The notes: generated from the sequence alone by a model not told the origin. Positions 7,798-16,854 are shown, numbered from the stretch's first letter. The stretch: 64,000 nucleotides of DNA from Acidobacteriaceae bacterium (GCA_035273225.1 DATEPN010000602.1:1050-65049); one strand, 5' to 3'. Made by a program: numbers and translations.

Positions 7798-9319
7798 TAC
7801 GTGGGGAATTGGTTTCGGCGGCGATGAATTGTCTCCACGAGCGCGTTTCGCGCAGGTAGCCGAGGCCGGCGACGAGATGAAAGCGGAGCCGCTGCAGAAC
7901 GAAGCGGCCCTGGACGCAGTGGCGGCGAATCCCGGCCCGGAGGCTCTCGTTGGCTACAGGATGCGCGATCGCCGGAGGCAGACGTCGAGGGAAGAGCGCT
8001 TGTCGCGCCGAACGCCGCGACCCGATGCCGAGCGCTTCCATTTGCTGCTGGAGAAGCAGGTAAACTTTGCTGCCGGGGAAGTTCATCACCGCAGAGCGGA
8101 CCCCGTACCGATCGACCCAGGCGCGCAGCGGCCGAGGCAGGCGATCGACCGTCCAGCGCCTGAAGGCATCCGGCGCGAACGGGCCCATGACCCGCTCGGT
8201 GAGCAGCGTCACGACTCCGAGCGCGAGCGAGGTGGCCAGGCTGCGCTCGCCACGTTCCATCACCTCATCCCAGAAATCGGCGTCGTCGCGGCGGGCGATG
8301 ACGTGCCGGCGGAACTCAAGGATGTGGGCGGGACGGTAAAACTCGCTGCAGAGGTGTTTGTAGAGATGCAGACCCTGACCGATGAACAGATCGGGCGCAC
8401 GGAGCACCGGCACGGAGATTCCGTGGAAGGGGACATGATGGAGGCGCTCCAGCAGCGACGAAGACGAGCTGGGCGATTCGAGGTGCAGTTCCAGGGAGCG
8501 ATGCGGGGAGGCGCAGTAGAGGTCCGCCAGGGACGAGGGCGGCGCGTCGGTTTTGAATTCCCAGCTGCGGCCGCTGATGGCCCGGAGCCGATAGCCGTGC
8601 CCTTCAAGGATCCGCTGCGCCGCAGGGGCATCGTACTCGGCGATCAGGTAGTCGAGGTCCAGCTGCGAGCGGAGTTCCAGCCGGGGCACCGAATGCGGCC
8701 ACAGCGAGCAGCCCTTCAGTACGGCGTAGTGCAGGCCGGAGTCCTGGAACTTCTGCTGGATGGCCATCGATTCAGCAAGCATGGAAGCCGTCCGTCGCGT
8801 ATTGTCGGCCAGATTCTGGCGCAGGCGATGAAGGACCGGCTTCGGCAGCATGGGCTCGAGCTGCTTCTCCTGAATCCGGGCCAGGAAATAGAGGGCCAGA
8901 CCGGAGACATCCAGCCAGTGAAGCGTCTGGTTCCATTCGCGGGAGCAAAGCAGCCACAGGCGAAGACATTCTCTCGGGATGGGATTCGAGAAGAGGAGCA
9001 ACACTGCCCGGCGTATCCGGAGGGCGCCGGAGAGCCTGGCGCTAGCCGGGCCGACCGTCGAGAAACGGGCGAAGGGATGAGCAAAATCGGCTGGCGGCTC
9101 GGGTGAGCGGCGGGCATGGTCGGTGTCGAGCTGAGGGAGCCTCTGCAGTTGCGCCGTGCTGTCGATACGGCCGGTGTGCAGCCGGGCTTGCATAAGACAA
9201 GCATATGGGGCGCGGCGGCGGGGCATGTCAGGCGCATGCAAGGAGATTGTCAGCGCATTATTGGCCTCGCGGAGAAGGCACGCCGGTGCGCACGGCCTTT
9301 CAGCGGACCGGCTCTGCAC
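7784..9319 (-). CDS. PF14907-type uncharacterised nucleotidyltransferase family protein
   Basis: YAVLKGCSLW...RSQLDLDYLI...A..IL...GY resembles the NTP_transf_5 core. The true start may be the internal ATG at 9193 (MQARLH...), which would give about 469 aa. Confidence 0.65.
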   Translation of the reverse strand: MQSRSAERPCAPACLLREANNALTISLHAPDMPRRRAPYACLMQARLHTGRIDSTAQLQRLPQLDTDHARRSPEPPADFAHPFARFSTVGPASARLSGALRIRRAVLLLFSNPIPRECLRLWLLCSREWNQTLHWLDVSGLALYFLARIQEKQLEPMLPKPVLHRLRQNLADNTRRTASMLAESMAIQQKFQDSGLHYAVLKGCSLWPHSVPRLELRSQLDLDYLIAEYDAPAAQRILEGHGYRLRAISGRSWEFKTDAPPSSLADLYCASPHRSLELHLESPSSSSSLLERLHHVPFHGISVPVLRAPDLFIGQGLHLYKHLCSEFYRPAHILEFRRHVIARRDDADFWDEVMERGERSLATSLALGVVTLLTERVMGPFAPDAFRRWTVDRLPRPLRAWVDRYGVRSAVMNFPGSKVYLLLQQQMEALGIGSRRSARQALFPRRLPPAIAHPVANESLRAGIRRHCVQGRFVLQRLRFHLVAGLGYLRETRSWRQFIAAETNSPRMTKQ

Positions 9320-9324
9320 GCGGA

Positions 9325-9342
9325 TGACAAACGTTTGACAAA
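9325..9342 (+). promoter_or_regulatory. Phased direct repeats, site A (TGACAAA-cgtt-TGACAAA)
   Basis: A perfect 7-mer duplicated at 11-bp spacing, 54-71 nt upstream of the OMP ATG (9396), in the divergent region shared with the nucleotidyltransferase gene. Confidence 0.4.
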
Positions 9343-9395
9343 GATCAGACCCTGCGGCAACACCTCGGCCGTAGAAAGCCGCTAAGTTTGCGGCT

Positions 9396-10445
9396 ATGTC
9401 AGCAAGTTTCTCTTTTTACACACGGACCCGGTGCTGGACGGCGAGGCTCCTGGCCTGCTGCACCGTCCTGCTGTTTGCCAGCGCACAGGCTCGCGCGCAG
9501 GATACTCCGCTTCTCTCCGGAGGCGTGGCGTTCCTGACCAGCACGCATGGCGGGAACACAACTTATCTGCCGATCATCGAGCCGTTGCTGGCGGCTCCCA
9601 TTGGCCAGCACGTGCTGGTGGAGTCGCGCGCCGCTCTGCTGGAGACGTATTTCCCGGGAGGCAACGGGTACAAGCACTCGCATTTTGTCGGCCTCACCTA
9701 TCTGCAGGGAGATTTCCTGGTGGGTCCGCATCTGAATGTGGTCGCGGGGAGCTATCTGCTTCCGTTCGGCACGTATAACGAGCGGCTGTCGCCGGTGTGG
9801 ATCAGCAATCTGCAGGACGGGCCGCTGATCGCGAACCTCGGGTTGCTGTCGACGGGGACGGGGGTAGGCGGACAACTGCGCGGATCGGCGGTGAGCACGC
9901 CCAATTTCTCGATCGACTACTCCGTGTGGTATTCGGCACACAGCGGCAACGAGCAGTTCAGCGCGAAGCGAGCAACGGGCGAACGCACGGACGTTTATCT
10001 CCCGAAGCAGCGGCTGGAGATCGGTCTGTCCTGGGATCGCCAGCTTGAGGGCACGCGGGAGAACTTCGTCGGCACTCATGTGTGGTGGGAACCTGCGGAT
10101 ACGGCGTTCCGGTTTCGCTCGGAGTTCGCGCGCGGCGCCCATGGGCAGGGGTACTGGACAGAAGCCGATTATCGGCTCGCGCGGTTTGGTGGCGCGGACA
10201 CCTTTGTGGGCCGGTTCGAGCCGGTCTTCCGGCTGCAACAGACGTTTCGGCGCAACAACCTGGCCAGCGATGGACTGCCCTCGGTGAACACGCAGAGGGC
10301 CGACTTCGGGCTGGACTATAACCTGCCGCACAGCGTCAGGATCCTGACGAGCTACTCGCGCCAGTTCTCAGCAACGCGCAACGAAAACATCTGGGAAACG
10401 GGCATCGTTTACCGCTTCCTGGTTCCCACCTGGAAAGGAAGATAG
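9396..10445 (+). CDS. Secreted outer-membrane beta-barrel (porin-like) protein, family unassigned
   Basis: Signal peptide (LLFASAQARAQ), alternating amphipathic beta-strand pattern, aromatic-rich C-terminal strand (GIVYRF). 2-nt gap to the next gene. Confidence 0.5.
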   Translation: MSASFSFYTRTRCWTARLLACCTVLLFASAQARAQDTPLLSGGVAFLTSTHGGNTTYLPIIEPLLAAPIGQHVLVESRAALLETYFPGGNGYKHSHFVGLTYLQGDFLVGPHLNVVAGSYLLPFGTYNERLSPVWISNLQDGPLIANLGLLSTGTGVGGQLRGSAVSTPNFSIDYSVWYSAHSGNEQFSAKRATGERTDVYLPKQRLEIGLSWDRQLEGTRENFVGTHVWWEPADTAFRFRSEFARGAHGQGYWTEADYRLARFGGADTFVGRFEPVFRLQQTFRRNNLASDGLPSVNTQRADFGLDYNLPHSVRILTSYSRQFSATRNENIWETGIVYRFLVPTWKGR

Positions 10446-10447
10446 GG

Positions 10448-10756
10448 ATGCGTTTGTCTCGTTTTGTGCCGTCGTTGTTTGTGGCCGGGGCTCTGGCCTG
10501 CGCCGCGCTTTCTGGTTCGGCAGAGCATCAGGCCGGCCAGCCCGCGGCCCGTCATGATTCCCAGGCTGGTTCTCAGGCGAACGACCAGCTCGCCGAAGAA
10601 GGTCAGCGCGTGTTTCAGCAGAACTGCTCACGGTGCCACAACGCTCCGGAGTCGTTTCCGCCGAGCATTACGGGCACGATCCTGCGTCACATGCGGGTGC
10701 GCGCGAACCTGAGCCGGCACCAGGAAAAGGCTCTGCTGGAGTTCCTCAATCGCTAG
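10448..10756 (+). CDS. Small periplasmic mono-haem c-type cytochrome
   Basis: Signal peptide, a single CxxCH (CSRCH) and a distal Met (RHM). 102 aa. Confidence 0.7.
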   Translation: MRLSRFVPSLFVAGALACAALSGSAEHQAGQPAARHDSQAGSQANDQLAEEGQRVFQQNCSRCHNAPESFPPSITGTILRHMRVRANLSRHQEKALLEFLNR

Positions 10757-12068
10757 CGGCGTCGGCCAGATGCGTTTGGGCGAGGGGAGGCGCGGCATTG
10801 GGCCGGGAGAGCAGGATCCGGGTGCTGACCGCCGCGGCTACGGCAAAAGCGGAGACTCCGGCGAGGACGGCCGTATATCCGAAGCGCACATAGAGGATGC
10901 CGGCGAAGGTCGTGGCAACGGATGCGGCGAGATTGTTGATGAACATGGTGAACCCCGCGGCGGTGCTGCGCTCCTCCTCCGGGGTTTCGTTCATGAGCAG
11001 GTTATAGAGCGCCGGGGAACTCATCCACTGCGCCGCGGAGAAGGCCAGATAGAAGGCGATCGCCAGGCCACGATGGCGGGCACCCGCCATGAGCAGAAGC
11101 AGCGCGGCGGTGACGAGCTCGGTGGCGAGAATTCCGTTCAGCATACCGGCGCGGCGGATCAGGATCGGCAGCAGGATGCCGGCGAGCACCTGTACGCCCT
11201 GCGCCAGCGAAAAGATGAGCCCGATGCTGGCGAGCGATACATGCAGATCGCGTGAGAGATAGACATTCGCGAATGGGGCGAACGCCGCAATCAGGGCCGA
11301 CCAGAGGCCCATGCACAGCAGGAAGCGGCGCAGAAACGGGCGCAGGCGGAATAGTGCCAACCAGTGCCTCTGCGCGGTCGCTCCCCCGGCGACATCGGCG
11401 GATTTCGCGGGTGTGGCTAAATGCAGGCGAAGGATCGCAGAGATGCCGGCCGCCGCCAGGATGCAGGATCCGACGAGGATGAGGCGCTTCACGGCGGCGG
11501 GCGAGAGGGCGAATCCAGCGAGGCGCAGCCAATCGGGGAGATAGCCGCAAATGGCGCCGCCGAGCGCGCTGGTGCCGACGCCGACGGAGAAGATCATGCT
11601 CATGCCGGCGGTGCGGTTCTTTTCGCTCGTGAGCGCAGCGACGACGGGCAGGAAGGAAACGGTCCAGAGGCACATCGCGATTCCGGCGATGAAAGCCAGG
11701 GCGATCTGGGCGGGCTGCCAGATCCAGACGGCGCGCAGCAGGCCGACGAAGGGTGCAGCGACAAAGCAGACCAGCAGCAGTGGCCGCATGCCGATACGGC
11801 GGCCGAGAACGCCCACGGGCACAGTACCCGCCATCATGCCGAGCGTGAAGGCGCCGTTGATGAAGCCGATGACTTTTTCGTCGAAGCGAAAATCGAGCAG
11901 ATAGAGATTGAAGAGGAAGAAGTAGACGGCAAAGCCGGCGTCGAAGAAGAAGGCAGCCGTGAAGAAGATCCAGTAGCCGCGGCTGAGCTGATGCTCGCGG
12001 AGCCAGGCGCGGGGCGATCTCCAGAACTGCGGCGGACGGGCGCCCAGGGTTTCCTGCGCCGGCTGCAT
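10746..12068 (-). CDS. MFS transporter
   Basis: 440 aa with about 12 TM spans and a GRRIGMRP-type loop between TM2 and TM3. ATGA-type overlap with the upstream kinase gene at 12068. Confidence 0.8.
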   Translation of the reverse strand: MQPAQETLGARPPQFWRSPRAWLREHQLSRGYWIFFTAAFFFDAGFAVYFFLFNLYLLDFRFDEKVIGFINGAFTLGMMAGTVPVGVLGRRIGMRPLLLVCFVAAPFVGLLRAVWIWQPAQIALAFIAGIAMCLWTVSFLPVVAALTSEKNRTAGMSMIFSVGVGTSALGGAICGYLPDWLRLAGFALSPAAVKRLILVGSCILAAAGISAILRLHLATPAKSADVAGGATAQRHWLALFRLRPFLRRFLLCMGLWSALIAAFAPFANVYLSRDLHVSLASIGLIFSLAQGVQVLAGILLPILIRRAGMLNGILATELVTAALLLLMAGARHRGLAIAFYLAFSAAQWMSSPALYNLLMNETPEEERSTAAGFTMFINNLAASVATTFAGILYVRFGYTAVLAGVSAFAVAAAVSTRILLSRPNAAPPLAQTHLADAASD

Positions 12069-13090
12069 CAGCGGCCCTCGGCGAGGATGCGAAGGTGCTC
12101 GACCGCCTGATCGAGAGTCTGGTAGCGGAGCTCCAGCACATCGGCTTCGAGGAGGCGCTCGACGTCGTCGTATTGACGCGCCAGCGACGCTCGACTGCCG
12201 AAAAGCTGCTGGCGCATGTAGCGGCGGGCGACATCGCGGGAGTAGGGGAAGAGGCCGGAGGTGCCGTGCACGCGCCGATTGAGGAAGACGATCGCGTTCA
12301 CATCGGCGCAGTGCTGACGGCGAACGTGGGGCAGGGATCCGGTTAGCAATTCAATGGACGGCTTGCCCTCTGCGCGCGGCGTGAGCGGCAGCCCGGCAAT
12401 CTCCGGGAAGAGATCGGCAGCGGTGGGGCGCAGCCGGACCTGGTGGCAGTTGCCGATGACCCTGCGCCCATGGAGAAGAAAGCAGGCGTCGTCGGAGACA
12501 TATCCCCACCCGGCCCGCGCACACGCGAAGGACAGAGAAGACTTGCCTGCGCCGGAATCGCCGCAGAGCAGAATGCCGCGGCCGTTCAGCGTGACGCAAC
12601 CCGCATGGACCGGCGTGGTGTGCCGGGTGGCGATGTGCACGCCGGCGCCACACTCGAGAAAAAAGTAGCGAAAATAGAGCGGATGCCGCAGCGCCGCCGA
12701 GGTGGCCACGATCTTCGTGCGGCTCAGGGAAATGTCTGCGATCGAGTAGTGATGCGGGTCGGCAATGGTAACGAGGAGCGGCTCAACGAATCGATATTGT
12801 GGCTGCGGCGGGCACTCCTGCTGCGGCGCGCCGTCCTGCTGCGTGCCTTCGACAACGTAGACTTCCGCGAGAATGGGCTCAGTGTCGAAACGCTGTTCGA
12901 AGTAGCCCCACTGCGTTCGGCATAGCGCGAGGATCTCTTCGGAATTCGTGCGGATCTCGAGCGGGAATCCCAGCGGGAAGAATTTGGCCTGGAAAGTCAG
13001 GGCCGGAGCGTCAACCGGGTGCGGGTCGGGCTCGGCAGCGGCCCGACCCGCGCAGGCGGATTCGATCTCTTCGATCGTCAGCAAGGTCAT
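12068..13090 (-). CDS. HprK-related P-loop kinase (HPr kinase C-terminal-like domain)
   Basis: GILLCGDSGAGKSSL....AG...VSDD parallels the HprK Walker-A/DD region (GxSGxGKSE...L.ADD). Start at ATG 13090, 4 nt after the TonB receptor stop. The upstream 94 codons of the tracked ORF overlap that receptor and are not credible. Confidence 0.75.
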   Translation of the reverse strand: MTLLTIEEIESACAGRAAAEPDPHPVDAPALTFQAKFFPLGFPLEIRTNSEEILALCRTQWGYFEQRFDTEPILAEVYVVEGTQQDGAPQQECPPQPQYRFVEPLLVTIADPHHYSIADISLSRTKIVATSAALRHPLYFRYFFLECGAGVHIATRHTTPVHAGCVTLNGRGILLCGDSGAGKSSLSFACARAGWGYVSDDACFLLHGRRVIGNCHQVRLRPTAADLFPEIAGLPLTPRAEGKPSIELLTGSLPHVRRQHCADVNAIVFLNRRVHGTSGLFPYSRDVARRYMRQQLFGSRASLARQYDDVERLLEADVLELRYQTLDQAVEHLRILAEGR

Positions 13091-13094
13091 CCTC

Positions 13095-16000
13095 TCAGAA
13101 CTGGTAACGCAGCGCGAACTGGATGATGCGGGGGTTGGCGTTGGTTGATGTGATTTTGCCGAAGGTCGGACTGGGTGACGGGTTTGGCAAGGTCGGATCG
13201 CTGTAGCCGAGGCTGGTGTTTGGATTCCCAAACTGCGGGGTGTTGGTGAGGTTGAAGAACTCCGCGCGCAGGCGAACGCTATTCGCTTCAGCAATCGGGA
13301 AGCTGCGCTCGACAGCAGCGTCGACGCTGTGCTGGCCGGGACCGCGCACGATGCCAACACCACTGTTGCCAAAGTCCTGATCGGCGAGGCTGGTGCCGTT
13401 CGGAGCTTCGGGTGCGCGGGTGAATGCGGACGCGTTGAGGTAGCCGTTCAGGACGCGCGAATAGAGCGATCCGCGCATGATCGGGCTGGGATTACCCGGT
13501 GCGCGCTGCGCGCGGACTTCGCCGGGAATGAGACCGTACACCGAGCCGGCGTTGTTGTCGAAGACGCTGAGCGCACTGCCGGACTGGACGACGCCGATGC
13601 CGGAGAACTGCCATCCGTTGAGCGTATGGCGCGCCAGAGCGGAGCCCAGATGCAAGGCGGGCGGCTGCCAGTGGAAGTTGGCCACGAAACGCTGCGAGCG
13701 GTCATCGCCGGCTGGGCCGTAGGAGGACTGACGCAGGTGATGCTGATCGTTGGTGGGAAGCTGTAGTTCGAAGACGTCCGTTCCGCCTTCGCCGTTCACT
13801 TCGTCGAGGTTCTTCGACCAGGTGTAGCTGGCTTCGATTGCGAATCCGTACTGCATCTGGCGTCGCAGGCTGGTCTGGAGGGAGTTGTAGTTGCCGATGA
13901 AAACTGAGTCGGTGTAGAGCGATCCCTGGCCGACACCCTGGATGGGCATGCGCGCGCTCACGTTCGCGACGGAGTTGGTGGTTTCGCCGTTGATGGGGTT
14001 ATCGGGGCTGGCGAGGGGCGCCTGATCGAACTCTATCTGGCCGGAGCGGTGATCCGAGTGCGTGCCGACATAGCCGACACCGAGCAGATAGCCTCGCCCG
14101 AGAGCGTACTCCACGTTCAGGTTGTATTCCTGGGTACGCCCGTCGAGCATGTGCGAGTTCGTGCTCTCGATGAACGGCGTCGAGTCGGGGGTGCGGGGCG
14201 TGAAAACCGGATAACTGGACTTTGGCTGGATGAGCGGCACAAACGGGCTCTGGAGGGACGCAGCGCCGTTCGGGGCTCCGCCCACGAACTGCAGGGTTGC
14301 GAAGGGCGGCTGGTTCACGGTTTGTCCTGCGAGGGTGGCGGAGTGGCGGTCGAAATAGATTCCGTAGCCGCCGCGCAGAATGAGGAGAGGATGCTGCGAG
14401 ACCTGCCAGGCAAAGCCGAGGCGGGGCGAAATGTCGCCGAGCGGCGTCTGGTACAGGCCGGCGAAGGGAGTGCGCACGACCCCATCAGGCAGTGTGCCTT
14501 TGAAGTTGGAGGGCAGGGTGAAGCCGCTGAACGTGCCGGTTGCGGAAAGCGGTCCCTGGGTTGCGGTCAGGGGATTGAAGTTCGAGAGCCTGCCCTTAAT
14601 TTCCGTCGGCGCGCCGAAGACTTCGTAGCGGACGCCTTCGTTCAGTGTCAGGCGCGGCGTGAGGCGGAAGTCGTCCTGCAGGAATCCGGCGAAGTCGTTG
14701 TAGCGTCCGTCGCGGCGGAAGATTCCTCCGCCGGCGATGCTGAGCAGGACATTGCTGAGGCCGAAGGGGCTGTTGTTCTGAGCGGCACTTTCGCCGAGCA
14801 GAAAATCATCGAAGGTGCCAATGATGAGCAGCCCATCGACCTGCTCCGGCGTGTCGATGTCGACCTGATGGCGCTTGAACTCGGCGCCGGCGCGGATGTT
14901 GTGGCGGCCGCGGGTGAGGGCGATCGTGTCCTGCCCGACGAAGGTGTTGGTGACCTGCCAGAGCGATGGGCTGCCGGCATCGCCAATGGTGAAGCCACCG
15001 ACGGAGAGGCTTGGAGCATGCGAGGTCGTGTCTGGCGCACCGGTGGGAGTCCCTTCGCCGAGGGGCTGAGCCAGCAGGGGATTTTCAATCCGCGCGAGGC
15101 CATCGAAGCGCACATAGCCGAGGCGCGCCATATTGACCAGCTTCGCGCTGAACACATGCGTGTCGGTGAGGACGAACATCGTGTTGCGGTTGAGCGCGTT
15201 CGTGCCCCAGCCGGGGACATTGGCGCTATTGGCGGAGAATGGCTCGTTCGTGAGTCCGCGTGAATAGAAGAAGCGGCCAGCCAGCGTATTGCTGGGGCGG
15301 AGAGCGTGATCCACATTCACGGAGAACTGATTTGCGCTGTAGTGTGCAGGGATCGCGAACGTCGATTGCCCGACCGGCATTTGATCGGAGGGATCGGGGC
15401 CGGAGGCGGGGAGAACTACCTGGGGGCTCGGGATCGCGAATTGTCCGTTCGGAAGCTTCGCGTTGAGAATGGCAAGCGCGACGGGGTTGATGTTGGAGCC
15501 GTCGCACGCCACCTGCGTTCCTCCCGCGATGGTCAGATATCCGCTGGCGGGCTGGCCGGAGGCGTTGAGGTGTCCGTCGGGGCAAAACTGCGCGCCCAGT
15601 GCGGCCGCGGTGCGATCCTGCGGCAGCACCGGGAGGATGGGATTCTGCTCGTCGCCGAGGCCGTTCACTTCGCGCAGGCCCTCATACGCGCCGAAAAAAA
15701 ATGTGCGGTCGTGGCGGATGGGCCCGCCGACTGCTGCGCCGAATTGATTCTGCTTCAGGTCAGGGCGGGGCTGCCCGTCCAGTTTCGAGAAGAAGTCGTT
15801 CGCATTGAAGATATTGTTGCGGACGAATTCCCATGCGCTGCCGTGGAACTGGTTGCTTCCGGAGCGGCTGACCAGGTCAACGTTGGCGCCTGAGCCGCGG
15901 CCGTAGGCAGCGTCGAAGTTGGCGGTCTGTACGCGAAATTCCTGAATGGTGTCGGGGGAGGGAATGGCCGTGCCCACCTCGAACCCGGTTGCCGTCGCCG

Positions 16001-16643
16001 CTGAATTCTCCGCGATGTTGTTCGCGTCGACGCCATTGAACTGGATGTTGTTGGCGGTTGGCGTGGCGCCATCGGAGGCAACGTTCTGCGTACCTGGTCC
16101 AAGCTGAGCAGCATTGGGCAGATCGACGACGACGCCCGGGGAGAGCGAGAGAATCTGCGTGTAATTGCGGCTGGAGAGAGGAAGAGCCTGGATGGCCTGC
16201 TGGTCCACCACACCGCCGCGCGTGGAACTCTGCAGGTCGACCGGCTCGGCATGAGTCGTTACCTGGACGGTGGTGTTGGCAGCGGCGATCGCCAGCACCA
16301 GGTCGAGCGAGCGCGTTTCACTCACGGTGACGTGGACGGCCTCGGTCTTCGCTTCTGCGAATCCATTCGCCTGGACGGTGATGGCGTAGTCACCCGGCTC
16401 GAGCAGTGGAAAGCGGAATTCGCCGTCGCTGTTGGTTGTGGCTGAGCGAGTGACGTGGGTCGCCTGGTTTTCAGCCCGCACGGCGGCGCCGACGACGGTG
16501 TGGTGCGCAGGATCGTAAATGGAACCGGCGATCGCTCCCGTTCCGGGTGCCTGGCCACGAGCGAAACAGGCCAGCAGCAGGAAGGCGACGGCGGTTGCGA
16601 AGAATCTCTCGATCAGGTGACGTGGGTTGCCGCTCTTGCGCAC
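13095..16643 (-). CDS. TonB-dependent receptor with an N-terminal carboxypeptidase-regulatory-like domain
   Basis: Signal peptide. CarboxypepD_reg block (GSIYDP....V.GA.V.A.N.AT...R.ATTN..G.F.F..L.PG.Y.I.V.A.GF), plug region, 1182 aa, terminal ...FALRYQF. GTG start with GAGAGG 8 nt upstream. Confidence 0.9.
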   Translation of the reverse strand: MRKSGNPRHLIERFFATAVAFLLLACFARGQAPGTGAIAGSIYDPAHHTVVGAAVRAENQATHVTRSATTNSDGEFRFPLLEPGDYAITVQANGFAEAKTEAVHVTVSETRSLDLVLAIAAANTTVQVTTHAEPVDLQSSTRGGVVDQQAIQALPLSSRNYTQILSLSPGVVVDLPNAAQLGPGTQNVASDGATPTANNIQFNGVDANNIAENSAATATGFEVGTAIPSPDTIQEFRVQTANFDAAYGRGSGANVDLVSRSGSNQFHGSAWEFVRNNIFNANDFFSKLDGQPRPDLKQNQFGAAVGGPIRHDRTFFFGAYEGLREVNGLGDEQNPILPVLPQDRTAAALGAQFCPDGHLNASGQPASGYLTIAGGTQVACDGSNINPVALAILNAKLPNGQFAIPSPQVVLPASGPDPSDQMPVGQSTFAIPAHYSANQFSVNVDHALRPSNTLAGRFFYSRGLTNEPFSANSANVPGWGTNALNRNTMFVLTDTHVFSAKLVNMARLGYVRFDGLARIENPLLAQPLGEGTPTGAPDTTSHAPSLSVGGFTIGDAGSPSLWQVTNTFVGQDTIALTRGRHNIRAGAEFKRHQVDIDTPEQVDGLLIIGTFDDFLLGESAAQNNSPFGLSNVLLSIAGGGIFRRDGRYNDFAGFLQDDFRLTPRLTLNEGVRYEVFGAPTEIKGRLSNFNPLTATQGPLSATGTFSGFTLPSNFKGTLPDGVVRTPFAGLYQTPLGDISPRLGFAWQVSQHPLLILRGGYGIYFDRHSATLAGQTVNQPPFATLQFVGGAPNGAASLQSPFVPLIQPKSSYPVFTPRTPDSTPFIESTNSHMLDGRTQEYNLNVEYALGRGYLLGVGYVGTHSDHRSGQIEFDQAPLASPDNPINGETTNSVANVSARMPIQGVGQGSLYTDSVFIGNYNSLQTSLRRQMQYGFAIEASYTWSKNLDEVNGEGGTDVFELQLPTNDQHHLRQSSYGPAGDDRSQRFVANFHWQPPALHLGSALARHTLNGWQFSGIGVVQSGSALSVFDNNAGSVYGLIPGEVRAQRAPGNPSPIMRGSLYSRVLNGYLNASAFTRAPEAPNGTSLADQDFGNSGVGIVRGPGQHSVDAAVERSFPIAEANSVRLRAEFFNLTNTPQFGNPNTSLGYSDPTLPNPSPSPTFGKITSTNANPRIIQFALRYQF

Positions 16644-16699
16644 GGTGGGCCTCTCTGTGAAGCAGGATGAGGCTGAGTATGCGGAGCGGACAGCGGGAG

Positions 16700-16728
16700 A
16701 TTGTTAGCCGTTTGTCACCTGATTGTAG
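16700..16728 (-). promoter_or_regulatory. Phased direct repeats, site E (minus strand: CTACAAT-cagg-TGACAAA-cggc-TAACAAT)
   Basis: Three heptamers at 11-bp spacing, 57-85 nt upstream of the TonB receptor GTG (16643). Shares the bipartite TGACAAA-N4-TAACAAT with site F. Confidence 0.35.
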
Positions 16729-16826
16729 GTTTGTTGCGCCGGGATGATAGAGATGGCGGAGAAATGAGGCGCGCTGCGCATGATGAGGAGCTTCGGCATT
16801 GCCCCGGGCAATCCGTGAAGGACCGG

Positions 16827-16854
16827 GCAGGACCTGCGGGGAGCAAGGTCCTGC
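16827..16854 (-). terminator. GC-rich hairpin downstream of the small secreted-protein gene (possible terminator, no U-tract)
   Basis: 8-bp stem GCAGGACC/GGTCCTGC with a 12-nt loop, 29 nt after stop 16883. Confidence 0.3.

Noticed and set aside
6199-9106. Long alternative-frame or antisense ORFs (6199-7740 minus, 513 aa; 7781-9106 plus, 441 aa).
   Set aside because: They are Arg/Pro/Gly-rich, low-complexity translations typical of shadow frames in high-GC DNA. They overlap well-supported flippase and nucleotidyltransferase genes.
9396-10756. A porin-cytochrome (Mtr/Pcc-like) extracellular electron conduit.
   Set aside because: The cytochrome is a 102-aa mono-haem protein. Such conduits use multi-haem cytochromes and larger barrels.
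13091-13372. 94-codon N-terminal extension of the kinase ORF.
   Set aside because: It lies entirely inside the TonB receptor coding region in another frame and is Ser/Ala/Thr/Pro-rich. The ATG at 13090 gives a tight operon junction.
7784-16643. A lasso-peptide or other RiPP biosynthetic cluster, suggested by the HprK-like kinase plus nucleotidyltransferase.
   Set aside because: No Asn-synthetase-like cyclase, transglutaminase-like protease, PqqD/RRE ORF, ABC exporter or plausible precursor peptide was found in any frame I read.
16798-16812. A 15-bp inverted repeat ATTGCCC-C-GGGCAAT upstream of the TonB receptor.
   Set aside because: It is short and GC-rich, about 155 nt from the start codon, and I noticed no second copy. 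Evidence for function is insufficient.
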